Shown here in pieces: positions 36,201-49,814 of a stretch of 60,000 bases of DNA. The stretch covers positions 15,440,001 to 15,500,000 of the forward strand of contig CM075989.1 of NCBI GenBank assembly GCA_038087875.1. The letters are read 5' to 3'. The notes beneath the pieces are model-generated. The model was not told the DNA's origin, searched no databases, and saw only the letters and a program-made list of their open reading frames with translations. How positions within the stretch are numbered: the stretch's first letter is position 1; the number at the start of each line of letters is the position of its first letter. The stretch comes from Malacoraja senta (lineage: Eukaryota). The translations under genes were made by a program, and so were the position numbers.

Positions 36201-38789
36201 TAACTACTCGGTCTGAAAACGACTCGCACAGCTAAATATCGGTCACAGAACTCAAGTCTTTGGCAATTTCATCTGGGTTTCCAATAATGCCAATTTGCTG
36301 AAACAACGTGACAAAATTGGTGAGAAAGAAACTTGCCTGGAAGACTTGCTAATGTGCTTTTAAATAAAAATCTAGTTGCATCTAATTTTGTAACTTGTAT
36401 CTCTATGTTCTTGGCATACTCGGATCTGTTTTTACCTGATCTTTCTAATATATATTTCCACATTGATTACTTCTGTGAATTGGAAGGGTCCGATTTATTC
36501 CGATTAGCTTTTAGTATGTGGAATTCAGATCACAGCCCATTTCGTTAGATTAATGGCTCCTTCAATTTTGTTATCGTAGAATTGTATATAGAAGGATTGA
36601 CGCTATAAATGATTTTATTTTTGGCTTGGTGAAGAATTCAAGAGGCTAAATTAAATGTTAACCTGAAGCCATAGCATAATCTGGTCTGTTGAAGCTCTCA
36701 TTGGCTTCCTGTGATAATTGATTCTCCAAAGTCTTAAATATCTCCGTGGGTTTCTAAACAAGACTTTAAAAGTATGCCAGTTTACTAGTTATGCTCACAT
36801 CTATTCGGTATATGGGTCTGAGAATTATTTTCCTTGTCTTTATGAATACAGTTCTATTCTCATCTAATTTGACATCAAGAGTAACCAGCTAACAGTTTTA
36901 TTTTGTTTTGCCATGTTAACTGTACAACTTTTAGGATGTGCATGTTTTAGGCATGTGCATTTTTTTTGGTTCTGAATTTGACAGTATGCCCTTAATTAGA
37001 ATTGACAGTGTCACAGCTGAATTCAGTGATGGGGGTTGTCATTACATTCATGAAAATGTAATTATCTAAGCTAGTAATGTAGTAATAGATTGTAACATTC
37101 TCATTTTTCAGGATCTCTAACTAGTATCTTCAGTTTATTTGTTTTGTGGAATCTGACCCTCCATGGGATAATTGAAGTAAATGGAGGAAATGGGTTTCAC
37201 GAAAATGCTGAATGAGAACATGAAGATCATTAAGTAAGGTTAGTTGAAGTAAGTTTTGTGGAAAGCTCAAGTAACGCACAAACAAAGGCAAGTTGTATAG
37301 GATGGGTTCTGTCTATAGATTTCTGTGTAATTTCACTGTCTTGAATGACCTGCACATCAGTTGTAATGGACATAGTTAGATTGTTCTCTCGTGGGCATTT
37401 GAGCAAATGTACAATCCTTTTGTGGCAAGAAAAGGAAGACAAATAGATCAGAAATTTGATCTCTTGTCTGATTTGGTTGATATTAGTTGATGTTTGGGCT
37501 GTTGCAATTTCTCAATGCCCCCAAGTGATGAAGAGCAGAAAAATGGGAGCTAGTTTCCAGCTGCTTGAGAAGTATCAATGAGTTGGATGACTTCAGGATT
37601 CTGCAGAGTGCTGAGTGTGATCTCTGATTTGCACAGGAGAGCATTTTAAGGAAGAGTCTGCATTTCGATCTTTCTACTCGCTGAGTAAAGTCCTCTACTT
37701 AAAATTTGAGTGTATATTCATCCATCCAGTTATTTTTTACTAAAATTACATTGTAGACTCGTTTGTGGTTAGTATTTTTTAACTTTTAAGATACAAACAC
37801 TTGGACCAATATTTCATGCTTAAAGTTTGATTTCAACACTGAGATACATCCATCAACTAGGTTAAAACAACTGCTGATGCTAGGGGGAAATAAAGCTTTT
37901 GTCCCAACTTTCAAGTTGGAGTCTCTCGGGGATAATTGTTGCATTCACCATGATCCTTGTATAAGCTTGAGGACTTGGAATGCTACTTAATGCCAAGAAA
38001 TAACTGTCATTAGATATTGGACAGATTCATTCTTCAAACATTGAGTAAACATTGAGTAAAATTGCAATTTAACTTAGTATAAATTTCCAGCCACTGCCTT
38101 GAATCCCAATCTTCTGTCAGTGAAGGTCTTCTGTTACAAATGCATACATATCACCCATATATGTTAAATGCAGTAAATCCTTTCATGTATTTATATTTAA
38201 ATGTATTTGTTAAAATATTTCACTTTTTTGGTTGGAACGCATAGGTGTTCCACTACCACTGAATCCCAAAATCGTTTGTGGTCTCTCTTAACAAGGCTTT
38301 TAAGCTATCGGTTCTTTTGCTAATGAGATTATTCAACATGATGAATTTGATCCTCTGGGTGATCCCTGGGGGAGAAATTTAATTTTAAAGTGTGAAATTA
38401 TTCAGCGAATTGGCAAAAGTTCAACCTTTTCCACATCTATGTGTTTTGTTTTAAAAGTAGGTTGCTGCCTCTACCTTTGTCCACATGGTTCGGGGTGGTA
38501 AATATTAATCTCATGCAAAAGAAAGTCTTGGTGCTCTGCAAACCTTGCCTGCAAACTAATCTCCTGGAGTCAATGGGGAGAATATTTAGTTTTTGGTGTT
38601 CAGTTGAGAATTGTTGACTGGGAATGCAGATTTTGTGGTTGAGTTTCAATGCCAGAATAACAAGAGCGTTTGCTTTTTTGGCATTTAAAGCTTTGTTTCC
38701 TTGTGAAATATTTTCCAAATGCACCCATTTTTAAGGCAAATAAATTCAAGAATTGAATGACTATGGTGGTGATTGAGGCATTAAATGCA

Positions 38790-40460
38790 ACTCGCATGTG
38801 TCTCCCCGGTACCCCGCAGCTCCGACCTTGTTCTCCCTAGTCGCAACAGAGACGGAGTCCCTCTAGTCCTTGCGTTTCACCCCTTCAGCTGTCGCATACA
38901 ACAGATAATCATTCCAACGGATACCACCACTAGTCACATCCAACGGATACCACCACTAGTCACATGTTCCCATCTCAACCGTGCAGGTACAGCAGGCAGT
39001 GAAGAAAGCTAATGGAATGTTGGCCTCCATAACAAGAGGATTTCAGTATAGGAGTAAAGAAGTTCTTCTGCAGTTGTATAGGGCTCTGGTGAGACCACAT
39101 CTGGAGTATTGTGTCCAGGTTTGGTCTCCGAATTTGAGGAAGGACTTCCTTGTGATTGAGGCAGTGCAGCGTAGGTTCATGAGATTGATCCCTGGGATGG
39201 CGGGATTGTCATATGAGGAAAGATTGAAAGGACTAGGCTTGTATTCACTGGAGTTTAGAAGGATGAGGGGGGATCTTATAGAAACATATAAAATTATAAA
39301 AGGACTGGACAAGCTAGATGCAGGAAATTTTTCCCAATGTTGGGCAAGTCCAGAACCAGGGGCCACAGTCTTAGAATAAAGGGGAAGCCATTTAAGACTG
39401 AGGTGAGAAAAATCTTTTTCACCCGGAGAGTTGTGAATTTGTGGAATTCCCTGCCACAGAGGGCAGTGGAGGCCAAGTCACTGGATGGATTTAAGAGAGA
39501 GTTAGATAGAGCTCTAGGGGCTAGTGGAATCAAGGGATATGGGGAGAAGGCAGGCATGGGTTATTGATTGGGGACGATCAGTCATGATCGCAATGAATGG
39601 CGGTGCTCGATCGAAGGGCCGAATGGCCTCCTGCACCTATTTTCTATGTTTCTAACCAACTTTCCACCTTCCGCAGAGACCGTTCCTTCCGCAACTCCCT
39701 GGTTAACTCATCCCTTCCCACCCAAACAACCCCGTCCCCAGGTACCTTCCCCTGCAACCGCAGGAAATGCAACAGCTGTCCCTATACCACCTCCCTCGAC
39801 TCTGTCCAGGGACCCAGACAGTCCTTTCAGGTTAGGCAGAGGTTCACTTGCACCTCCTTCAACTTCATCTACTGTATCCTTTGTTCAAGATGTGCACTCG
39901 TACATCGGCGAGACCAAACGTAGACTGGGTGATTGTTTCGCTGCCTGGACCTACCTGATCTCCTGGTTGCTAAACACTTTAATTCTCCTTCCCATTCCCA
40001 CACTGATCTTTCTGTCCTAGGTCTCCTCCATTGTCAGATTAATGCTAAACGCAAATTGGAGGAACAGCATCTCATATTTCGCTTAGGCAGCTTACAGCCC
40101 ACTGGTATGAATATTGAATTCTCCAACTTCAAGTAACCCCAGCATTCCCTCTCTCTCTCTATCCCTCCCCCACCCAAGTCGCACCGCTTCTTGTTTTCAC
40201 CCAACAAACAGCTAACAATGGCCTGTTTCCTTTATCATTGTTACTTTTTTGCATATATTTAATTCATAGTTCTACATCTCTCTACATCATCATCTATATC
40301 TCCCGTTTCCCTTCCCATGACATTCAGTCGGAAGGAGAGTCTTGACCCGAAACGTCACCATTCCTTCTCTCCAGAGATGCTGCATGTCCCGCTGAGGTAC
40401 TCCAGCTTTTTGTGTCTATCTTCGGTTTAAACCAGCATCTGCAGTTCCTTCTTACACATA
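38790..40460 (+). mobile_element. Penelope-like element 3' part (GIY-YIG endonuclease region plus terminal repeat)
   Basis: VPLVLAFHP, GTFPCNRRKCNSCP, FTCTSFNFIYCILCSRC, YIGETKRRL, VAKHFN...LEEQHLIFRLGSLQPTGMN; degenerate hammerhead core at 40329. Tandem duplication with period 26 at 38914-38965. Confidence 0.92.
38981..39653 (+). mobile_element. Young CR1 3' fragment nested in the Penelope
   Basis: QVQQAVKKANGML...LYRALVRPHLEYC with one frameshift; tttctatgtttct tail; aacc flanks at 38977-80 and 39654-57. Confidence 0.93.
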
Positions 40461-43005
40461 AAACTACAATTGTTATTGTGTTATCACAATTTTTCAGGAT
40501 TTTAGTGGAAAATGACTTTGTAGCATTAACAAATGAAATAGAAAGTTGCATGTGAATTTGCAGTTTTGTAGTTGATTCATTTTTATACCAGATAATGCTG
40601 GATTTTATTCACCAGGAAGGGAATTTTTTTTCCTAGAACATTCCACAGCTTTTCACTCAGCGTAATTTTTAATTTTTCCAATTTAAAAAAAAAAGCATTT
40701 AGGATTATTTTACTTTTGGAGTATCCTGGGTGGAATAGTATAATTATGTCCCCCTCTCATATATGTTCAGTGTAGATAGTCAACCTGTTCTTCATTAATT
40801 CTTCTCCTGCCCAACCTGCACATTTAGTTTTTTTGGCAGGCTATGCGCTCATCCACAATCTAAAACCTTTCCCAGTCATGTTGCTAAGATAGAGGCTTGA
40901 ACTAAAAAGTTGGGTGCTAGTGGAGATTAGAGTTGAAGTTTCACACTGGTAGTCCATATCAAAGAATCTGGCTGGTGAACTTGTAGCCCAATTAGTTTTA
41001 TCCAGTCATGCTCTTATTTCCTTGATGGCTCACTCTACCATGTTCAAGGATGGAACCAAATCTCTTCTTATCTTGGGAATTCTGGACACCACCCCAACCA
41101 AGCAAGCACTGTAAAGTATTATGAATTGTTTTTGGGCATGGTGAGTTTCCTGCAGAGTAGGTATGCCGGCTGTGCTCCCCTAGATTAACAATCGAGTAGG
41201 CTGTTCGTGTGGACAAACAAGGGGCAGAATATTCTGCGGGCATGCAGAGTGCATTGGAGAGTTTGACATTTCAGCAGAGGTTTTGCTGGATGGATGAAAA
41301 TACTTTGGGAGTTGGCCTTATGCAAGTGCCCAAGGCAATTTCCTATCCTCTGCAAAGAAAAACTTGTAATTGTTGGCAGTATTGGCGGTTCCACTAACAG
41401 GCATTTGGGCAATCTGCTCTTTTGTCCCTCTGTTTCCTCCTGCTTTATTGAAAGCTGAGCCTAAATTCAGCTGTGCCAAGGTGTTACCAATATGTTCCAA
41501 CTAGTTGTGTTTTGTTAAATGGGATAATAAGGGGCTGTTTCTCAAATAGTTTTAAGATGTCAATGTTTTGAGCAATAGAAGCAGACCATTTGGCACTAAT
41601 GATTGTCTGCTTGAGCCTTGTAATATCTTTCCTCCATTAAATCTATATATTGTATTTCTCTGTTCCCTTTTTCATTGCACTTGTTTATCTTCCCTATATG
41701 TTGCTAGTGTTTGCTTCAGCTGCATGTCATGTATGGTGTACTAATCGGTCTTTGCTTGTAGATTTTTTGATTATTTTTTGATTATTCAGGACTTGGTAAA
41801 TGAAATTGTGCTATATTCTGAATTTCAAATTAAATAACTTCCTTAAATAATACTGAGATTTAAATTGGTGGGGGAAGCATGTGAAGTTGAGCCTTGTGCG
41901 AGGATGCATAATGTAAACGATGTATCAAAACTATTTTGATTTTGAATGATAGTTATGACGTCAACCACTTTTAAGTCGAGAAGCATCTTCCATAAAATTA
42001 TATAAATAAAAATATGCTCTTGGGGAGTGTGTATTAAGTATAGACTCTGGCAGTTCTGTGATTGCGTGTATCTGACTCGGGTATTGTGCATTTACAAAAT
42101 ATGCAATTTTTCTCATGGGCCTGTAATATAGCCTAGTACATTAGAATGCAAATTGAGTGCATGCAAATCAGTGCAGTATTTTTGTAGGATTAGCAATTGC
42201 TTCCGGCTTAGTTATTGTGATGTTTCGTGATTCACGAAATGTATTATGAGAAAAAAAAAATCTTGAAGTGAAGGCTAGACTTCACTTGCTTATTCACTCT
42301 AAGATTATATTAAATGATGATTAGCTGAATATCTCTGGATTCTGTCAAAAACAAGTAGAAGGCAATGCAGAAAAAATACAGCATGGTGTAAATCAACAAA
42401 TCACTTTGCCTGATGTGCACTGCATGCAAATAAGATCAGCATTGTTTATTAATAAACACCGGAACATTTCCTGCTTTAAAGATGACGAATTTGGTGTTTG
42501 TGGTGCAAAGCTTTTAATTCAAACTGACAATTGTCGAAAATACATTTGTTTATTTAACTCGCTGAACCAAGTGATGATTTAGCACACTACATTGCCAAAG
42601 CTGAACGTTGTTTTAAACTCATTGATAGGATTTAGCAATGGTTGAATCTAGTTTAAGATAAGACAAGATGAGCCATCATATTGAACTGTTGTAGTCAGCA
42701 TGGTGAGAATGCTCCTACAGTGCTATGGGGTAAAGAAGTCACGTCATTTGTTCACAATTGGGTAGTTTTCTTATATAAATCACTAATAACACTAAATAAC
42801 TGGGTTTAGGCCTTCCCCAGGTAATGAATAGGTTTTGTTTTTAAATGTCCATGAATCTACTTTTGTCCGTAAATTGGAAAATACATAATCACTCTACAGT
42901 ACCATACCTCCACAACATTTGTAATGAAAGACACTAGAAGCACAAGATTGATCAGAACAATTCCTAAAAGTTTAGAGACGAGAAACTGGTTTTGCCATTT
43001 GTAAG

Positions 43006-43368
43006 AATAATAATAATAATAATGGATTGGATTTATATAGCGCCTTTCTAATACTCAACGCGCTTTACATCGCATTATTCATTCACTCCTCAGTCACACT
43101 CGGTGGTGGTAAGCTACTTCTGTAGCCACAGCTGCCCTGGGGCAGACTGACGGAAGCGTGGCTGCTAATCTGCGCCTACGGCCCCTCCGACCACCACCAA
43201 TCACTCACACACATTCACACACATTCACACACACATTCACACGCAGGCAAATGTGGGTGAAGTGTCTTGCCCAAGGACACAACGACAGCATGCACTCCAA
43301 GCGGGATTCGAACCGGTTACCTTCCGGTTGCCAGCCGAACACTTAGCCCATTGCGCCATCTGTCGTCC
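43006..43368 (-). mobile_element. Full-length tRNA-derived SINE with L2-type tail
   Basis: Minus strand: A box TGGCGCAATGG, B box GGTTCGAATCC, body gtgtccttgggcaagacactt, tail tgtaaagcgc...gcgctatataaat...(ATT)n. Confidence 0.9.
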
Positions 43369-44059
43369 TTGAATCTACTTTTGAATGAATATATGTACTT
43401 TGAACTTTTGAAGATTTAGAGGCAAATGCGTTCAGGTGGGCACCATGGAAGAATTGGGCCGAAGGGTCTGTTTTATTGCTGTTTAACTGATTCTCAGGGA
43501 GCTTGTTCATATGCACAGTGACAAAAGGAAGGTGTTTGTAATCCAATAGTAATTGTGTTCTTTGTCTTGTTGCATAAAGATAGCTACAGTTATGGAATAT
43601 TTGAGATTTACATTGATATCCTTTCCAGTGTGCTCTGTAAGATTGTGGGTACATAACTAAAGCTCTTAAGTTTTGATACTTTAGTGGCAAGAACTTTGGC
43701 CCCCAAAGCCATTTATTTTTTATCTGGAAACAAATGTTTTAACCTAGGAAAAAAAAGACAAAGTGCTGGAGTAACTCAGTGGGTCAGACAGCATCTCTGG
43801 ATAGCATTGGTAGGTGATGTTTTGGGTTGGGACCCTTCTTCGGACTGATTGTGGTTGGGGTAAGGAAGCTGATAGAGAGGTGGGGCAAGGACAAAGCCTG
43901 GCAAGTGAAAGGTTGATAGGTGAATGCAGGTGAAGGGGGGGGGGGGGTGGGGAAGGGGGAGTTGATTGGCAGGTGGTTGGACAAAGGCCAGAGATGAAAA
44001 CATGAAGCCAGAGGAAGGAATTTGGTGGGAGGGGACAAATACTGGGAGAAGGTGGTGGG

Positions 44060-44260
44060 TAGACGCAAAATGCTGGAGTAACTCAGCAGGACAGGCAGCA
44101 TCTATGGATAGAAGGAATGGGTGACGGTTCAGTCTGAAGAAGGGTCTTGACCCAAAACGTCAACCATTCCTTCTCTCCAGAGATGCTACCGGCATCCAGC
44201 ATTACTCCAGTTACTCCAGCATTTTGTGTCTACCTTCGAATCTGCAGTTCTTTCCTATAC
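44060..44260. mobile_element. Penelope mini-element, head-to-head inverted pair
   Basis: Minus copy 44060-44126 followed by a plus copy with CTGAAGA at 44134; 14-bp TSD gagaaggtggtggg at 44046-59 and 44261-74. Confidence 0.88.
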
Positions 44261-44348
44261 GAGAAGGTGGTGGGGTTTGGTTAGTTACCTAAAATTGGAG
44301 AATTCAATACCCATACTGTTGGGTTGTAACCTACTCACTCGGAATTAT

Positions 44349-44671
44349 TACTTACCTACCTACTTACTTACTGCCTATTGTGCCTCCTGGCATGTAGGGC
44401 AGCAACGAAGGTCCTCCACTTAGTGTTGATTCCTACAGTTGCTGTTTCCGTAACATATTTGTTTTTACGAGACAGGGTTGTTGGCCCTGTGCTCAACCTC
44501 CAACCTGGAGGACCAGTGGATCGCTCTTCGTCTCACCTCTACCCTCCGACCTGTCCAGCATGGGAGACCCTAACTGGAGACGAATCTCCTGCTGGCATAG
44601 CTCTGAGCTATTGGTCACTGAGACACATAAGCTCCCTGACCACGACAAGGTTGCAATCCAACGGGGAGAAG
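44349..44671 (-). mobile_element. Bipartite non-autonomous RTE element (5' end fused to 3' end)
   Basis: Minus-strand 5' end ccttgtcgtggtcagggagctt is RTE/Bov-A-like; 3' end gttgctgccctacatgcc...(TAAG/TAGG)n. TSD cggaattat at 44340-48 and 44672-80. Confidence 0.75.
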
Positions 44672-46129
44672 CGGAATTATGAAGGTATTCATATCTCCAG
44701 TTTGGGTGTGGCCACGCTCTGGCAATAGAGGTGGCCCAGGACAGAAAGGTCATTATGGGAGAGGGATGAGGAGCTAAAATGGTTAACAATCGGGAGATCC
44801 AGTAGACCTTGGTGGATCAAGTGTGTGTTCAGCAAAACAATTGCCTTTTCTACGCTTCGTCATGCCAACATAAAGGAAGCCATATCTAGAGCACCGGATG
44901 CAGTAGATGAGGATAGAGGAGGTGCACATGAATGTCGATAGCTTCTTCCAGTGCTAATGGTCCTCACAAGCCAAGACTATCTGAGTTGATGAGCCTTCTG
45001 TGCTGTCTCTGTCTACCATCTGTTCTTTGGTGTTTGAGTTTTCTACTGAGCATCTGGCTTCAGTTACTTGTATTGCTGTTGCTTTTCCTTTTGGGGATCA
45101 GTGGGACTTTTCAATCCAGGAACACGTTGCAGCTAATTAACTGCTTGATCTGCTGGCTATTCTCATCAAACCTGGCCTGGTTCTTGCTCAACGTGCCAAT
45201 TATTGCTGACTTCATTGGCTGTGGACACCATGTGGCTCTCATAGGTGAGAATTGACAGGTTGTCTATGAGGTGTGGTCTGAAAAGAGAGTTTTGTGGGGT
45301 CTTTTGAATGCTTTGACATTGAATATGTAACAATACTTCTGCTGATGCTAATGTTTTGTTGCTGCTGATGTTTTGCTGCCAGGTTGATCGGGTTAATAGA
45401 GCAGATTGAGCAATGTTCAGTTCAGCAGTTCACCTTTAGTGGAGTGGGCTATGTAGACATCTTTGCGATCACTTGGATGATATAATCAAACAGGGTGATA
45501 TTGCTTGGAGCAGGTGTGTTGCCAAGATGCTTTGTGCTTATTATTCTGATGAAGTTGGATGTTTTAATAACAAAGCATTTTTCAAGAGTAGGTCTCTCTT
45601 TTATTCCTTGCCTATCATACCATTACCAGAGGATTGTCTCATCCTGATCTAATGTTGAAATTGCTCTTAACTGTCAATATTGTGCCTTCCTTTAACATGC
45701 ACATCAGGATTTTTAAAGTTGGAGTAGATGCCCTTTGAGATACTGGATATTTTGATGCTTTTGACTGAAGTCTAGTATTTTGTCAACGTTACAATCATAC
45801 TGTCTAAGAAGATGTATCTGATATGTTACATCCATAAATTGTGGAAAATCCAAAATGGGACGGCTTGTTTAGAGATTAGTTGGATGTTGGATTCTGACCC
45901 TTATTGTTGATTATTGTTGAACCCAAGTTGATTTCTTGCATTGGATGACTTCTATCTCAAGGGAATTGGGAGAATATTTCAGATGGTCTTGTAATCCTCA
46001 CAATTTGGAGTGGGGTGGAGGTTGTTGCTGAGAAAACATGGTTGATTGCAAAAATCTTCATGGTGGGAATCTGAATAAAAATTAAATCCATCCTGACTGT
46101 TAGTGACATAACCTGTTAGAAACTCTCAG

Positions 46130-47171
46130 TAGCAATGTTACAAAATTTTGAGATTTAAAAAATAAAGTCTGCAATTTATCCCATCAGATAAAGCATAAAA
46201 AGAAGTTTAATTTGACACTTAATTCACTTTCATATCTTCAGTATTAAAAAAGTTATGGCCATTATCATACTCAGAAATTAGCATCTAGTTCCCTATTGCT
46301 TTTCCATTGACTTAACACAAAAGCTGTGATCGAGGACAGTTAAAAGCCCATAACTTTCTTAAAAATTATGGTAACTGAAAGAAATTTTCAGGTATTATAG
46401 ATTGAAGCATTCTGAAACAAATATGAAACAATCTTACTTCGAAGACATGAAAGTAAAGCATATAATTAGTTAGTTACCTAATTGTAGCTAATTACAAAAT
46501 TCAATTACTAGATCTAAACATCTAGCAATTTCTTAAGAATAGATTAACATTTTTAAATAGCCTAAGTGTCCAAATAACATTCACACAATAATTCACAATA
46601 TAACATAATTTTTAAATCTAATTTTCATGAATTTACAGGCCAAATGGAAGGAATTGAATGTTTAATACCTGTAAATTAATGGGGATTTAATTCATCTTGT
46701 CAGTGAGGATTACTGGAACGCGATCTTTTGGAACGTTGATTTGCGGTGAATTTAACCCCGTATTGGCATGAAAAATACTGCCGTTCATTCGGGGAATAAA
46801 ATCACCGTGTCGCATGACAAAATGTGAATTAAAGGCTTCTTAAGAAGCACTTTTATACATTTAAAGAAAGCACTTTCGTTTACCTGTCCATTGTGTGAAA
46901 TCCGTCCCCGTTATCGGCGTTGACGCTTCAGGAGCTGCTTTTAAAATGACTGTAGCGCTGACATTGACGATTTAATAAAAATAAAAAATTCACAAAACGC
47001 CGGTAGGAACGATTTTGTCAGCTAAGGTTTGTACTCCAACAAAATATTTCCAGGACAAGGGAGGAGAAACCGCGTTTTAACCCCGCCCCCCCCCTTAAAG
47101 GCGCCAAAATCGCGCACACGGCCAGTGGCAGAATTACAGCGCGACTGAAGGTAAGTTTTGTAACATACCTA
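46130..47171. mobile_element. Non-autonomous TIR DNA transposon, about 1.04 kb, superfamily unresolved
   Basis: Termini TAGCAATGTTACAAAA / TTTTGTAACATACCTA; direct repeat ctctcag at 46123-29 and 47172-78; no ORF. Confidence 0.8.
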
Positions 47172-48970
47172 CTCTCAGCGGGCCAGGAAGCATCTGTGGA
47201 CAGAAACTGCCAGTATTGCAGTCTGTCTTTTTACAGATGCTGCCTGATCTGCTGAATACTGGCAGTTCTGCTCGAAAGTGTTTCACTGCAGATATAAAAC
47301 AATTGTATCACACTCGTGGTCATTGAAGTTGACAGGCAATTGCTTCTAATGACATTTGTGCAATGAAACTCGAACAATGCAGCCATTATTATTTTAACTA
47401 GAAAAACAGACGTAGCTCTTAAAAGTACCTTTTTATTGAAAATCCTGCAGTAAAAATAACAATGTTAATCTGAAACTCTAGTCCCTAACCCCCCCCCCCC
47501 CCTCCGCGCCTTCCTATGGACACAATTGTTTTTATATGCAATATTTTGTAAGAGAGCAACTATCTAGTTATAGAAGATCTACCTGTTTGAAGCTTCCAGC
47601 AACATGTGGGTTTCGTGTTACCATTGTGATGAGTGACATGAGTTTCAAGTGGACATGCGAGTCCATTATCTGGCTGTAACTTGTTAATATTGCATTGCTT
47701 ATGGGTTCTGAAGATTGCTTATCAACCAACATTAACTTCTCAGCACAGATTTTGACTATCCAAAGATTTTATGTTTGCCTTAATATCCTGAAGGCAAACT
47801 TAAAGCAAACCTCTTGGATGCAGTCATAATTATAGCTTTTGCCCACAAGTCTACATTTTGTGCTTTTGTCCTGATGCATTTTGACATTTGAGTGAGTGAT
47901 TTATTGCTGGTTATATAAAATAATTGAGTCATAAAAGAAGAAACAATAAAGAATTGTCACTAAAATGATTGCTCAAAGCTCCTGGAATTCACTCTTGATT
48001 TATTTATATCTGCTTAATGATTAATTTGGCATTGTTGCAATTTTCCTGTAATTCAACAACCTATTGTTATAGATTTGCTTCCTTGCATTCCTTGGTCAAG
48101 AGCGTTGGCTTGAATCAGAGGCAGAAAATGATCTAAGACTCAAAGTTCTGCGTTCAATGTTGTACTCTGAGCCTTGTACATGCACATTAAAATTTACACC
48201 GATCCCTTACCAGGAAAATAAATTAACTATTTATTAATTGATTGCAACATCTTGAAGATTTAAATTGGGTGCGCTCCGGTTCTCTGTCATGACCTATGGT
48301 CTGATTGAATGTAAAAAAATTGGAGTGAAATTGTAGACTGGGCAGAAATTAGAAAAGGAACTGAAATATTTCGGTAATAACTAATTTTCTAAAGCCTCTG
48401 TTTCTGGGGCGAAAGAAATCGGTTGAAGAACAGATACCTTCCATGCTTTATGAGAAACATTTCTTTCTGTGCCCAGTCATTCCATAGTGAGGGCGAGAGA
48501 GTGAGCAGGATGACATTTGGCATTGATAGTGTGAAGGTCAGGGTACCTTCCCCTTGTACCTGGTTGTGCCACCATTTGATCCATCCAGCCCTATGAGGGG
48601 CTAACATCTGATATCTTAGCAGACACTTCAGCATTTATCTCAGTCTCCAGTTGCTTATCTGGATTGGCATGTGTGCTAATTTCTTCTCTACTCTTTACAT
48701 GCACTCGCATGTGAACGCGCATGCATACACACACACACGCAGTTTGACACTGGTCATCCTGATTACCTTGCAGCTGGTGTTGCGACATTCTCTCCATGTT
48801 GAACAATGCTGGGATGCACTGTTCTGCCAGCTTGCACAACAGTGAGAACTAATGGTATTTTCTCTCCACTTCCTATTCCTTCCAAGAGAATTATTACTCA
48901 TAGATTGCTTTGCTTAATGTATTTAGGTCAAACCTTGAAGTGAACTGTATATGAACAGCAAATGTAACCA

Positions 48971-49609
48971 TCCTTATAACTATAAAACTCTGATCTTGGA
49001 TATGTGTGTGTGTGTGTGTATTTGTGTACTTATTTGTTCGGAGCGATCACATCTTCTCGAAAAAACGACGCTCTAACGGTAATTTTTTTACATATTCCGG
49101 TAGAGATTTATCCTGTGAAGTCAAAAATCGCCTTATCTGAAACATTCATGCATCGTTTCATGAGTTATTAATCAAAATGTTCAAAAATCTGAAGAGACTT
49201 GGAAAAAAATAACTGATTTTTCCCTGTGATGTTACAGCTGTGACATCACAATGGGATTGTAGCCCTGCTCGCAACATTGTTGCTATCCAAGTACACTGAG
49301 TCCTGCTAGCCCTAGCAGGTGCAAATGCATTTGTTTTAATGTCACAGTACACTGAGTTCTGCTAGCTAGCAAGTGCAAATGCATTTTTTAAAAGTTTAAA
49401 AATTAGGGAGGGTGCATAAGGTGAAATGAGCAGCCCCTGCGCAGTTGTCGGCTATGGGTGAGTGGTAGAATATTGCGTTGGCGAGCGGGTTGCGTTGGGG
49501 GACCAGGCCACCCGTGGGGGCTATGGGTGAGTGGTGGAATATTGCGTTGGGGAATGGGTTGCGTTGGGGGTCCAGGCCTCCCGTGTGACAGGGACCCCAC
49601 TTGGTCAAG
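48971..49609 (+). mobile_element. Probable non-autonomous Helitron
   Basis: Starts A|TC...actataaaa and ends ggtCAAG|T (CTRR variant) after a remnant GC hairpin. No TSD; internal tandem duplications. Confidence 0.6.
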
Positions 49610-49814
49610 TAATATTATAAAATTCCAAGTTAAATATTAGCTGAGTTTCATTCAATTGGGTTTTCATATCTTGAATGGAAATGCTGTTTAATAATTGTTC
49701 TGCTGTCTGTTAACTGATGAGTAGCTATCCTTAACTGTACATAATTGGCCATGAGAAATTGAAATAGAATCTGCATTGGGGATCAACTTCAAAGCCAAAC
49801 ATGTTCTTAATTGA

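Larger units (their letters stand above)
43755..44935 (-). mobile_element. Decayed Penelope-like element with two nested insertions
   Basis: Minus strand encodes LIYCIRCSR; reverse-complement terminal repeat at 43755-43847. Confidence 0.8.

Noticed and set aside
43290..43365. tRNA-like A and B boxes
   Set aside because: Head of a SINE with body and tail, not a tRNA gene.
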